From: Fimicolochytrium jonesii
Lineage: Eukaryota
NCBI RefSeq assembly: GCF_025526975.1
Contig: NW_026515704.1
Location: 124,001-188,000, forward strand
DNA length: 64,000 nt
Direction: 5' to 3'
In this document: piece by piece, positions 23,201 to 36,100 of the stretch
Numbering within the stretch: position 1 is the stretch's first letter
Layout of the letters: every line of letters starts with the position of its first letter
Translations under genes and position numbers: made by a program
The notes under the pieces: model-generated
The model's database searches: none
Told to the model about the DNA's origin: nothing
What the model saw: only the letters and a program-made list of their open reading frames with translations

Positions 23201-25121
23201 ACCAAGCTTCTCCAGCAGTCGAAAAACTCCCGCACCCCCACACCCCCGACTCCTCAGCATTAGGAGCCCTCATTTCGTCTCAACTAGCCTCCGCGAAACC
23301 CTCACCACCGGCAATCGAACAACAACCCCACCCACCAGCCACTCCCGAAGCGGTGGCAGCCTTGAAAGACCGACTCGTAAAAGCCACCTGGATGAAGACC
23401 CGATGGGTCGACACCCCCGCCATTAGACAGACCCCGCCGGCTGAACCTGTGACCGAAGCCAAACTGGACGCGTCGAAGCCGAATACGAGGAAACAGGCGG
23501 CGAAGAGAGCGTCAGTTGGTGAGACTACTACCGTCGCGGCCGAAAATGATATTTCACCCGCGACGACGAAGGCGGTGGAGGGAAGCCCTAGGAAGAAGAG
23601 AAGGACGGGACAGGCCTTGCCGAGCGACAGGGTGCATATTTCGCCTGAGATGGACATTGCGTCACCTGGTAGCGAGGCTGAAGATGAAGGTCACCAGGAA
23701 GCCGTTCCCGAGGTCTCGCAACCGAACGGTAGCGAGACGGAAGACGAGGGTGAGGCGGGCGATCGCGGTGTGAATGGTGATGTTGTGCCGATGGATATCG
23801 TGTCGTCAGCGGAGGCGCAACCGGACGCAGAGGGGAGTGAGACTGAAGATGAAGGTCACGATGTTACCTCACCAGCCGTCGCGGTGCAAACAGACGGCGG
23901 TGAAGGAAACGGTAGTGAGAGTGAAGATGAGGAACAGGAGGAAAGTCCCTCTATTTTCCTCCCTGTGACCCAAGAGCAGGACGATGGGACGGACGGGAGT
24001 GAGCCGGAAGATGAGGGTGATGAAGCAGAGGACGCCCAGGCAGCCATAACTCAACCGAAAGATGATGATGAATCGGACGCTAGTGAAACCGAAGACGAAC
24101 AAACCCTCTCGCAGATCATCAAGCGGCGGAGGGCATCACAGCCCGAACGTGCGTCGACGCCGGAAAGTGCTATGGATGAAGATCCGGCTGCTTCCTCGCC
24201 TGCAATGTCGGACAGATCACCTAACAAGCAAGCAGGCGCAGCCCGCGGCCCAACCATAACAAGCCCCCTCTCCCCCGCCGCCACCGAATCCACCTCCGAT
24301 GGCGCCAAACCCATGGACATCGACACTCTCATCCCCCTCAACCCCGCCCCGAAAACCCAACCACAACCGCTCAACATAAGCCTTCACAAACGCGCCCCGC
24401 CACTTAAACCCCGCACGAGCCTCCTGACCCGCCCGACCGCCAACCGCGTGCAATCCCTCTCGGAAATTGCCAACAGCCTCGAATCGTTCTCGCAGCCTGC
24501 GAAGCCGTATTCGCAGATGCAGCATAGTCCGGCTGCTACGTCGGACGATGAGGAGGATGAGGAGGATGATGAGGAGAATGGTGCGGAGAGTAGTGGATCG
24601 TCATCCGGGGATGATAGCAGTAGTAGTGAGGGGAGTGATGATGATGAGATGGATTGGGCGTTTGCGGGGAAGAAAGGGAAGGCGAGCAAGCAGAAGGTTA
24701 GGCTTGCGGGGAGGAAACAGAGGAGGAAGAAGAAGTCGATTTTTGAGGAGATGGCTATTGATGGTAGGTGTCACTACAATCTCGACATGGGGGAGGGTGG
24801 CATTGGGGAGACGGCACGATCGATTCTAGACCCTAACTATACTTTCTTTCTCCATCAACAGCCGAATCCAAACGAACCCATCCCAACCCTTCAGCCCAAC
24901 TCGCCCGGCCACGCGCCGCTCCAGCCATGACACTCTCTCAACCCAGCACACACACTACCACGGCAATCACGAAACAGATCCACCGCTGGCCCGTGAACGT
25001 CGCGGGCGCCGGCAGGCCGATATGGACGGACGCGTTGCGACAGGCGGAGGTGTTGAGGAACCCGGGCCCGAGTAGTGAGGAGATTGCGAGGGAGTTGGAT
25101 GGGGTTGAGAGTGATGAGTGA
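20206..25121 (+). CDS. Large (about 1550 aa) low-complexity nuclear/nucleolar-type protein with a small globular N-terminal domain
   Basis: Exon 20206-20423, a long exon from about 20553 to 24763, and a last exon ending at 25121; P/A/K/T/E-rich body, KK.RGRK repeats, acidic-Ser tract, basic NLS-like RKQRRKKK. Confidence 0.75.
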
Positions 25122-25798
25122 AGGGATGATGTGCTGAAGGCTCTCTGCGCCGCACGCTTGATGGATAGCACCTCCAGCACTGAGCTCACCGCATGACACA
25201 TGAAACATTGGAGAGGAAATGGAAACTTCGGCGCACAGACCGGATATCCTCCGGCAGTGCACACGGTGGGCCGCTTTCCACCCAACATATTCACATACAG
25301 ATATCCCTACGGTCAAGAATAGATAGATAGCAGATACAACAAGATTATATCCCACTTTTTGTCGTCGTCGCGTGGTCGTTTCTGTCTTGCCGTTTCGACG
25401 CAAGTGATATGTAGAACACACCTGTATTCCGACGCTTTATCCAGCATGGGCTTCGCTATGCAGTTGAACAGTGTTGCTGTGGTGCGGGAGGCGTCGGGGT
25501 AATTGGGTCAGGGGTGATGTGACGTTCTCAACAGGCGTCATCGGCATGTCCCGACGAAGAGGACGGAGGTGTGAAGTCCTGAAGAAGACGCGCCGGCAAT
25601 CCCCTCTTTCTTTCACACTTTTCTTCCAATAGAGAGAATCGGGGTCCCCCTGTCCCCCTCACAACATCGACGGACACATCGCCGTTCTCCATAAACCTTC
25701 GGAGAGTCGAGGCGCTACCACCGCTGTTTAATCCTCACTTCATAGTACGAAATCACAGCTCCTATCCCGAGATCGGCCCACATCACGTTCCAAAAAAG

Positions 25799-27166
25799 AT
25801 GGTCTCCCTATCCCTCCCCGCCCCGCTGGCCGCGCTCTGGTCCTTCCGCCCCATCTTCAACATCCTCGGCTACCTCCTCCTCCTCGGCACCTGTCTCCTC
25901 ATCACCTTCTCCCGCAGCCTCGGCGCATTGCCGTACACGAAAGCCGCGTGGATCTACACACCGATCGCCATCACCGCGCTGTACATCACCTGGTCGGACA
26001 TCTTCCGGTTCCTGCACGACGACTACGTTGATTTCACTGACCGCAGCGGGCCATATGCGTCCATCCCCGCTAATGGGAGGAATGATATCGAGGCGTACCT
26101 GCAAGTCAGCGATTGGTTTGATGCGGCGTACGCGGCGGTTGCGGAGGACCCGAGCCGGTGGTGGTTTAGCTCGCAGCTGTTGAATACTGCGAGTGTGATT
26201 GTGGCGCTGGTGTGGGCGGAGGGCGCGCATCACTGGGCGAAGAGTAGCGTGAGGAAGGGCGGGCCGGCGTTCTTTGCGGGGATGGCGAGCGCGATGGCGT
26301 ATGTGTTGACGGGACTGTTGGGAGCTATGAGTGTGGCGTTTGCGCTGTTTTTGGTGCAGCGGAGGGTTGCTGAGAGTAAGTTCTGCCGTTTCGCGAGGGA
26401 GCTCTAGGTTCTTTTTTCCACACATTTGCGTTTATTCGGAAGTTTCGTATGTCTATCTATTTCGCGATTCGCTATTCGCTAACCGTTGATGTCTTCTCCA
26501 ATCACAGAAAACCTCGCACTACGCTCATACCCCCGCGTCACGATCACCATCTTCATTCTATTAGCTGTCTTCGTCGCCGGAGTCACATACACCCCCTACG
26601 CCTTGACCAGCAACTACACCATCTTCTCCTGGACCCTCATCATAATTCACGGTGCCCTCCTGCTCCCCATCCTCGGTGGGGCAGGGCCTGGCCTCATCTA
26701 CCATCCGCGAGCCCCTCGCGCCAAAAAGACCGGCATCACCACCTCCTCCACATCCCCAAAAGCCATGTCAGCCCTCTACCTGTTCCTCGCCATCTCCAAC
26801 CTCGCCTCACACGCCGTCGCCTCACGCAACCTCGATTGGCACCGCGCGATTGGGATCGACCTCGCGGACGCCATCGCCTCGCACCCGTGCCAGAAAAGTA
26901 TCACCGCCGATCTCGTGTTTTGTACCCTCACCGCGTCGTTCTTCATCGTTGCCGAGCTCGTTACGGCTGTGAGGAGGGGTGTTGTTAGGGCGTGGGTTGC
27001 TGTGATTGTTGGAACAGTTGTGCTGGCGGTGACGGTGTTTCCGTTGGGGGTATCGGTGACGTTGCCAGCCTTCTTGGCGTGGAGGGAGACGAAGCTGAGG
27101 CAGGGATTGTTGGAGCCCAGTGTTGTCGTCGTGGAGGAGGCGAGTCGTGTCAAGAAGAGAGCGTAG
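25799..27166 (+). CDS. Multi-pass membrane protein of unknown function (2 exons)
   Basis: ORFs 25799-26407 and 26486-27166 are joined by an intron near 26376-26507; many hydrophobic segments; WFDAAYAAVAEDPSRWWFSSQLL motif. Confidence 0.75.
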
Positions 27167-27459
27167 TTCTTGGTCTCAGTTGTTGATAGCTTTTGATTGT
27201 TTGTTCTATTTTCGTTCGGTTTATGTCTGCCTATAGGCGGATTTGGGTGAGCTGGCAGGCATTTCGTTGAGCTATTGGTGTTGTATTTGGCTGCGGCTTT
27301 TCAGCCACGCAGACCGGCGGTGTGGCCTGATTGATCAACGGCGTGTGTCTTCCCCGCGTAGGTAGACATCGCACCATCCCCTTCATTCTACATATAAATA
27401 CGATTCTTCGCCTGAAAAGCACAGGATAAGCCCGTCCTGAATTGGCCGCAGTGGCGTGT

Positions 27460-29022
27460 TCAAATATCCAGGTCAGCATCCGGGTCATCCGAATCATAGT
27501 CATCATCGTCATAGTAGATCATCCCCGTCGAAGATGGCGGGGCTGCTGCCGACGAGTTTGATGTTTGGTGTGATGTTAATGGGCTGTCTAGCTGTTGGGC
27601 GTGCAGGTACGGAAGCACGACCTCGGACCGTGCTGAGCGCTGCTCGTCGGTGAGGCGGAGGTTGAAGGAAAGGTTGGCGGTTGGGTCCGGCTGATTTGAT
27701 GTGTATTTCAATGTGTCAGTGTGCAACGGGATGTTCAAAGCACCGCCCAAAGCAAAACCTTGGCATACCTCATCCGCCTGTTTCGCCGCCGCCTGGTCCA
27801 AGCGCGCCGGCGCCGTCGTCGCACTCCATCCACCCAACTCCTCAATCGTCATCACCTTCCACCTCGCATGATCCCCCCTCACCGTCCGTCCAGCAGGACC
27901 ATCCCGACCATCCACCCCAACAAACCTTACCCCCACAACCTCCCTCAATATCTTCCCACTCTTCTTCTTATGCAGCACCTCGCACAGCACGCCGGCGTGG
28001 GAGTGGGCGTCGACAGGTTTGAACACGTCGGGTTCGGGGCCGGGCGTGTCGGCGAAGGTCACGCCGAAGTCTTTGCCAGGGCGGATGGTGAGGAAGGTTG
28101 TGCTGACTTGGGAGAGGAGGGTTGTGAGGGTTGGGGAGGTGGGAGAGGTGGAGGAGGAGAGGGCGGCGTCGCTGTGGAAGGGGAAGATGAAGGTGTGGGT
28201 TTCTGTTGGGGGTCAATTCGAAATGTAACGTGGATTAGTCGAGCGGACATCTCAAGGCAACACACATTCTACAGACGCTGTGCACGAACCATTCGCCATT
28301 GCGGCAATCCGCTTCATGAATCTTGCAAAGGCGCTCAAGGTTTGATGCGAAAGAATCTCAGTGACTCCTTCAAAGACTACCGTTGTCTTGACATCTGTCA
28401 GATGGGACACGAAGACGGACATTCCATACATCAGCTTTCGTTCTACGGCAAATCTCTGCCACCAATGACGGAAAAAATCCACTCACCAGCGCGCAGTTGC
28501 TCATGCAGCACATCACCCAGCTTCTCAAAGCTCGTCGTGATCGCATCCTGTGCCGGCACCTGTGTCCCCCATAACCAGCTCGAACCGACGTCGATGTACG
28601 TCGCCGACGGGAACGCTTTCCTATTAAATATGTATTCTGTCAAGGACGCATTCCCTCCGTTATTAATGAAGAGGCTAATTTACTCACTCGACGTCCTGGC
28701 CCAGTATCTTCTCTCTCACGATCTTTGGAGGATGTTCCACGCAGCAAACAACGAGTTCTTGCCTACGCGAAGCAGAAACCCATCACCGAGTGAGAAAGCC
28801 CGCACCAACAGGATGCTCCTCCGAATACCGGAGTAAGCGAGTACGTTCCCAGACTCAGCTTCCTCCCTTTACTGACCTCGCTGCTCTCCCGGCCGTCGAG
28901 GATTTCGTCAATACCCATTCACGCAGGAGTGGATATGCGGACTGCTGAACCGAGTCTTCGATGACGAGGAGGGGCGAGACCTCCTTGTTGTTGAGAAGCT
29001 TAGCGAGCGTTGAGGAGGCCAT
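27460..29022 (-). CDS. ELP5: Elongator complex subunit 5
   Basis: LLVIEDSVQQSAYPLLRE at the N-terminus; PTANLSFNLRLTDEQRSARSEVVLPYLHAQ...GMIYYDDDDYDSDDPDADLDI at the C-terminus. Confidence 0.9.
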
Positions 29023-29215
29023 TGCGGAGCTTAAGTGTGGCAGTGTTCCCTGTGAATCCCCGTCTTGCGGACCTCTGCGAGCCTGCGAACGCCTGGGATG
29101 TTTCGCAATCCAAGGACTTCCCAGGACGACTTCGGCGCGGTGCGATCCCTTTTGGACTTCCCATCTGCTTCCCATTTCGTTCCTCGTTCCCAGGACACAC
29201 CCCCCGACGACAACG

Positions 29216-29747
29216 ATGGCCCACAAGAGTCCCATAACCACCCACGTTCTGGACACAACCCACGGCGTAGCCGCAAGAGGCGTCAAAGTGCGTCTGGAAC
29301 AGCTCTCCCAAACCGCATCATCCTCCAGTCAGTCGTGGGAAGTCCTCGCAGACGGGTAGGTTCTGGAAGACACCCTCTCACTCTCCAGGAACAGCGACCT
29401 CACATACATCTTCATAGGGAAACGAACGAAGATGGTCGATGCACAACCCTCCTACCCGGGACGGCTGCGGACGGGCCACACCAGCTGCGCCCGGGAGTCT
29501 ACCGCCTCGAGTTTCACGTGAAGGAGTACTTTGAGAAGCTTGAGAGGTCCAGCTTCTTCCCCTTTGTTCATGTATGTTGTCGTCGTCCGTATGCGCATGT
29601 GTGGGAACGAGGGCCGATCGTTGATGTATCGGTTGTCTCAATTACCCCCTTCAGGTCGTATTCGAAGTCCCGGAAGATCCCAACCCGCACTACCACATCC
29701 CCTTACTGCTGTCGCCGTACAGCTACTCGACGTATAGGGGTACATGA
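29216..29747 (+). CDS. URAH: 5-hydroxyisourate hydrolase (transthyretin-like), 3 exons
   Basis: SPITTHVLDT, TNEDGR, GVYRLEF, FFPFV, HYHIPLLLSPYSYSTYRGT; introns 29356-29417 and 29572-29654. Confidence 0.93.
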
Positions 29748-30148
29748 GCGATTAGTGGGTGCTTGGCGAGCATAGTGAAGATGTCCGGGGGTGACGGGAT
29801 GTGGATCGAATTCGCTTCTTGTCGTGAGGTCGATGTGCTTTGAAAGCTTGCCGGCGTATGATGAGTGGAGTATGGCTGCCGAGAGGCGCGTAGGAGAGAT
29901 CATTGTGAGATGAACCAACGGCGATCAGTATGCCCGCCGGAGGGTATGTAGAGATGTATTTGGTATGTAGCAGGGGAAGATACATGGAGAGATTATGCAG
30001 AACGATATCATCGTCCGAATGTTAGTCCAACGCTTCAACGTAGGTAATGAATAATGGCGGCATCAACGGCCTGGGACTCCATTGATGCGTGCTTTCCTGC
30101 GATTGCGTACGTGCGATATGGCGTGCGGCATTGCCTGCTGAAGGACGA

Positions 30149-32406
30149 CTAGTACTCGCTAGGGGGAGGGAAGATCAGGGATTGCACAAGCGGGATGATC
30201 TTGATCCCGGATACATTGTCGAATGCGAGCTGGATGTGATGTCAGAAGCAAAGTATGAAGGATATGAGAACCAAGTCCTACATATCACCCGCATATCTCC
30301 AAAATCCTCAAAAAAACACCTACCTCAACATCCCTCGCACCCCTCGCCCCCATCAAAACGCCCCTCCTCTCCCAAAACACCGCCACAGCCGCAACCGCAA
30401 ACAACTCCAGCCCCTCCCCCTTCCCTCTCTCATATCCCAACACCCGGTCCCACAAATTCAGAACCTGTTCCACGTCTAGTACGCCGACGAACGCAAACAT
30501 GATCCACCGGAACGCATAGGATGTGGGCGGAATGCGGAGGGTGTGCGAGAGGTGGTGGAAGAGGATGGGGAGACATTGTTTGAGGAGGGACTCGAAGAGG
30601 GTGAGGAGGGTGGGTAGGGTGGGTGTGCCCATGGGCGTGGGCGTGGGCTTGATTGTTTGGAGGTGGCGGAAAACGCTGAAGGAGCGGATGGAATGGGGCG
30701 TGTCAGCTGTTTGCCCAGGATTTCAAGCGGTCAAGGGAGCAGAGGCACGTTACCGGACATAAAGCTCCCTGAAAGTCATATACGCACTATCCCCATCCGC
30801 ATGCAAAAAGCACAGCGGCATCGCATAGCACGAGATGCCCCAGAATGGCAGCACGCCGTTGGGCGGGGTGTACGGGGTTGTCGTCAATGCCAACGTTCCA
30901 CATCCATCCTCCCCATCCTCTGTCTCACCGCCTCCATCTCGATTATGGGATATCTGCTCCGCCACCCAGGCATCCCTGCCCCAACGGAGCATGATATCCC
31001 TCAAGACGTCCTCGAAAACAAAATAGGTGTCGTCGTTTCGGCATTGCCGGGCGTCGATGCGGATGAGACGGTCGATGATGAGGTCTTCGTCGGCGAGGGA
31101 GGTGAGGAGGGTGCGGCAGTGGTTTTTGGTCTAGTGGGATGCGTGAGTGAGGTGGGGATGTCAGCATGTCCCAATAACCTCTTCGCCGGTGGGTATCCTC
31201 CCTATCCCCTGCCATCGCCCGAACACATACATATCCCTCAAAATCATCCACCAGCTCACTCTGCACCAACAAATTCCACATCCGCGGGCGTAGACAATGC
31301 GGAATCCCTTGTTTGGCGAACTCCCTTGCGCGGTCCAGGTTGGCTTCCTGCAGGACTGTTTCGCCGGGGGTGATGCGCGATCTGATGAATGCATCTGCAT
31401 CGCAATCAATAAACGCCCCAAAACTCTATTCAGCCTTGTGGATACTCACCTGCATCCCGATCATCCACCCCATCCGGGCCCGTCCGCTCCAACAACGGAT
31501 CCAGCTCCGGGAAGCGGTACCGCAGCTCCTCCAGCATTACCGGCCGCGGGAGGAGATTGAACGGTAGGTCGGTCCAGAAGGTTCTGAAGCCTGTGTTTCT
31601 ACATCACCTGCACCAATAAGTTTCATCCCTCCCCAAACCAAGATCAATGTCGTCGGTCGGAAATACCTACACAACCTCATCGTCCTCATCCTCATCCCCA
31701 TGGACTTTGACCCCCATCAAAGCTTTGAACACATCCTGATCATCAAGCAGACAAACACGGTCTGGATCACGCACACCACGGGACGGCAGCCCGTTGGAGG
31801 TACTAGTCGGGACCTCGTCCGGGTCGTGGCTGAGTTCGGATTTGAGGTAGATTGCTGCGTCGTGTTTGGATCTCTGTGGAATTTGGAAACATGACACACC
31901 ACACAGTCGAATGAGTCTGGTCACGGCATGGACATACCCGTCGAGCAAGCGGAACGCCCCAATCGAGCCCGATCCTCCTCAACTGTCGTGCAACTTTCGC
32001 GTCAAGGCTTGTCTGGGCAGCTTTGAACGCTTCAACCATCTTCTCATCCATTCGGGACTGTCGGGGTCGGGAACTTTGTCTTCGCCGACCCGTGTGATTT
32101 GCTTCGGCACCATATTCGTGATGACGGTCTGCTGGTTGTGGCTGTTGGGGAGCAGCAGCGGAGGCATATTTGAGCTGCACGTGGTTTTGGATGAGTTGAC
32201 CGACACCACCTGGCTTGTTGAAGATGGATTCGGCGAGCGATTGGGTGGTGGGTGGGTCTGGGTTCGCGGAGCTGGCGGCTTTTCTTTCGTATAGCTCGGT
32301 CTATGTGCCGTGAGATGGTACGAGAATCATAATTGTCAAAAACGGTTCGATGACAAGATACAGCTTCTGAGCCGGAAGCTAAGATTTCGCAAGCCAGTCC
32401 CCTCAT
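30149..32406 (-). CDS. TBC1D19: TBC1D19-like Rab-GAP domain protein (multi-exon; start uncertain)
   Basis: GVPLARR, NDDTYFVFED, PPNGVLPFWG, YAMPLCFL, FRELYVR, LFESLL, FRWIMFAFVG, LWDRVLGY, LELFAVAAVAVF, IKIIPLVQ. Confidence 0.85.
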
Positions 32407-33119
32407 TCTTCCGGACTGCTTTCCGCCGCCATCTAAGAGCCCTTATCTAATTCTATTGCATATGGCGCTTAATGCATGGGAGCGAGGGGCCGTTCCCATT
32501 GCTTGAGAGAGAAACTCCATACAGACCAGAAGCCGTTTCTTGAACGCCCAGTAGGTGGGACATGCCCGCAGGTTTTGCTCTATGTGTTGGCCTAAGGCTA
32601 CCACGGTCATATTGATAATATATCAGAAATAAAGCAGTGGCACTTTGGGGTAGCAGAATGTGAGAATGGAAGGTGTAGGGAAACCACTGGCCAATGGAAC
32701 GCCTAAGGAGAGGACCGAATGACAGCGATTGACAGCAGACTGACGGGAAGCAGAACGAACGCGTGAGGCTTCATATCTGGCCGGGATTCCGACCAAGATC
32801 GCCATGGATCCACTCCAGCCAGCAAAATATCAGTGGCTTCAAGGGAATATCGATACGATGCATCCTTCCCTGCTGTTCATCTGCTGATACATCTGCAGTC
32901 CATGCATGCATGTATATGAAACATACGCACTGTACTGTATGTTTGGGAGAGAGCAAGGCCGCGAGAGTACGCGTGGTCTTTGAAGTGAATTTGAAGTTCG
33001 AACGCGACGTGCACGCGTAGACCCAGAAAGCCCCGTTTCGCAGTCATAGCAAGGGAGAAGAGATCTGACTTCATACGCAGGCGTTTTCCAACGAAGCCAA
33101 TCTTACCAGGAAGCACAGT

Positions 33120-36100
33120 ATGTCTCGCCAGCGCGACCGCTCCCGGCTGCGGTACCGCTCTGAATCTCGCTCGCTGCTTCGCACGGCGTCCACGGCTTCG
33201 TTTGGCGATGTATGTGTTTGTGTTTGATTTGTGAAGTCAAAGACCCGGTTCGTGGTTTTAGGATATGTGTTAGCAAGGTAGTAGGACATGGTGGTGCACT
33301 GCTCATCCAAAATTGCCGTATCCATTCTCCTCAATCAAACCAGGACCTGGAAAACCGCACACCCCGTGCTGCATCCATCGACCGAGCCGGCACCCACAGA
33401 TCCATCACCAACATCCACAGCCACAACCTTTCGCACGCCCACCCACATAACGCACAGCCAGCCCAGCAGAAGCGCAAACGGGCCAAACCGAAGCAGAGAG
33501 ATGAGTTTCATGAGATTTATGGGAGCGATGCGGACCGTGATGAGGAGGGCCGGTGGGCTGAGAGTGGTGAGTTTCTGTGGCGCTCTCATCGTCATTTTTG
33601 GAGAACATGGGCGTCTCCGGATCGAAACACCGGGCCATGATGTGGGGCAGGCGAAGAAGGATGCTCTAATCATTCGTTCATTCACAGCATTTAAGAAACT
33701 GAAAGAAAAGGCAGAAGTGGAGACCATCACGACGTATGTGCTCCGAAAGGGGAAAGAGCCAGCAGTCCTACCAGGTTTGGTAAGTATGCACATCTCGTTG
33801 GGACCGGGAGATGTCAGGTTCATCTTACTTACGCCGTTGTGCAGATCGACCGACTGCTATTTCATCCCGACTATGTATCGCCCTCTGCAGGGGTTTCACC
33901 CGGGGCACAAGCGGGAGCGAGGAATCGGGGTCAACGGGTAGGTTTGGAGCTTGACCGGCAACGGAACTGGTGGGAGGTTTGGCTGTCATGATTGACGCAA
34001 ATCCACTCATGGATGACGTAGACCCCAGCATTCCTTGCAGACGCCGGGCTGTATGTCCCGGACCCGCCACCAGTATCGTTGCGGAATATGCAGCGGATGG
34101 AGAAGCGAATCCTGTGCTGTGAGCCGGATAGGTAGGTGCAGGGCTCCCCACCGCCGCCGTCCCCACCCTCCGGCGTCGATTAACAGCGACAAGATCTCTA
34201 ATGAACTAAATGCTTTGCAGCGCCGCACAATGGTTCACACCCACCCAGACCCTTGCCATCTCCCCCATTCCTCTCAGCACCGTCCCTCGCCGGCCCTTCC
34301 GCGACCCCATCCCCATCCTCAACCAATGGTCCCAAGGCATTAAAACCCACCCCGTCGACATCGAAACCCCCTCCTCCTCCTCGGACATCGACACCCCGGA
34401 TCTCCTAATCCTCCGCACCCCCCTTACCAAGCCCTCCACCTACACGCCGATAACGCACACCCCAAGCGGCACCTACCTCCTCGTCCTTGATTTATGCGCG
34501 ATCGAGTTCCGCGATCACCCGCTTATGACGGAGGAGATGGCGCTCGCGAGGAGTGTTGAGAATGGGGTTAGGGAGCTGAACGGAAGGCGGAAGAGGGGGG
34601 TGGTGGAGACGTTGAGTAGGCAGTTAGGCGCGGCGAGGGAGGCGTGGAGGGAGTGGGTTGTTGCGCATCCCGAGTATGACAACACTGCCGCGGCTGATGG
34701 CAATGAGAACCACCCACGCTCAAAAGGGCGGAAACAGATGTTGAAGGTGCAGAGGGACCTGCATGCGCGGCGGGTATTGTTGGAGAAAGTGCGCGCGGTC
34801 AGACTGTTGAGAGATGCCGAGACGCAGACGGAGCGGGAGGTGGAGTTTCGAGTTTTGAGGGAGTGGCAGCGGTTGGGGGAGGTAAGGGCGAAACAGGGAT
34901 TTGTAGGGTCGGCGGTGATGGTGGGGGTGAAAGCAGTGGAGGGGGATGCTGTGCAGGTGGGTGAAATCGTTGTCTTGGCTTCTGTATTCTTGGCGACACC
35001 CCATTGATGTATTGGTTTCCGTGATCTGGAAAAGGACATAGCCCGCCTCCGCACAGAACTCACCAATGACGTCGAAGAGTTCATCGACCTGCTCAACCTC
35101 GAGGCGCACATCCTTTCGCAAAAGGCAGCAACGGCGAGCATAACCGACGCTACATCTCCATTAAAACGCCGCGGCTCCACACACGAGCACGTCAAGGACA
35201 TCACTGATGACGCAGCTGCCGCGGCACGGAAAGCCATTCCTTCCAAAATCCGGCGGTACGAAGCAGAAGCTACGAAAGTATGTCCACAGGGTCGGATTTT
35301 CTGTTGCTTCATTGGATGGTTGAGCGAATCTGATGAGACTGATACGCGGTAGATATAGAGGTTAGAAAGCAGTCACCGCCCTCCCGGCGCCCCGATATTT
35401 CGGTTCAAGCTTTATCGCACGGCGAGTATAACGCCGTTGGCTGAGTGTCCGCTGGTTAGTTCTCGTTTCTCTTTCCGTCCCGTTGGGAAATGTCTGACAC
35501 TTCTGATTTCGTATAGTACGAGCAAACCCGCCGCACAGCCGCCCCACCGCAGCTGTACCTCCGCCTGCTGTATAACAAAAAGATGATAACGCAGACGGCA
35601 CCGCAGCCGCTTGACTCGCTTTCGGGGCAGTTTCATTTTGGTGGGAGTGCGCAAAGTAAAGCGGTGGCTGGGACGCAGGCCGCGGAAAAGATGGTGGAGA
35701 CTCAGGTGCATCGATTGTGCTTGAGAGTATCGGAGATGCCGGAGACAATTGAGGCTGAAATTTTGGAGAAGGTAACCACATCCCTGCAATCACGAAAGTA
35801 TACGGGCGGCTAAATCCTAATCGCACATCCCATCAGACAAATTTCGGCGAAATCCTCTGCGCCATCGTCCCCATCCCCATCCCCCTCTCCACCGAAACCA
35901 CCCAAGCCCTGGACCGCACCCCCCACTCCCTCGACTTTTCCGGGCACTTCAGCAGCGACGAGCGCTGGACCTCCGGCGTGCTCAAGCTCGGGTGCGCATG
36001 GGGTGCCGACTACCGGGGGCACGTCCAGGGGCCCGGTGGCTACCTCACTTCAACACGGTCCATCACCTCCGACTGGTCCACCTTCAGCATCGGGCGATTG

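Noticed and set aside
20706..24689. Many minus-strand ORFs
   Set aside because: Antisense shadows of the low-complexity + strand exon
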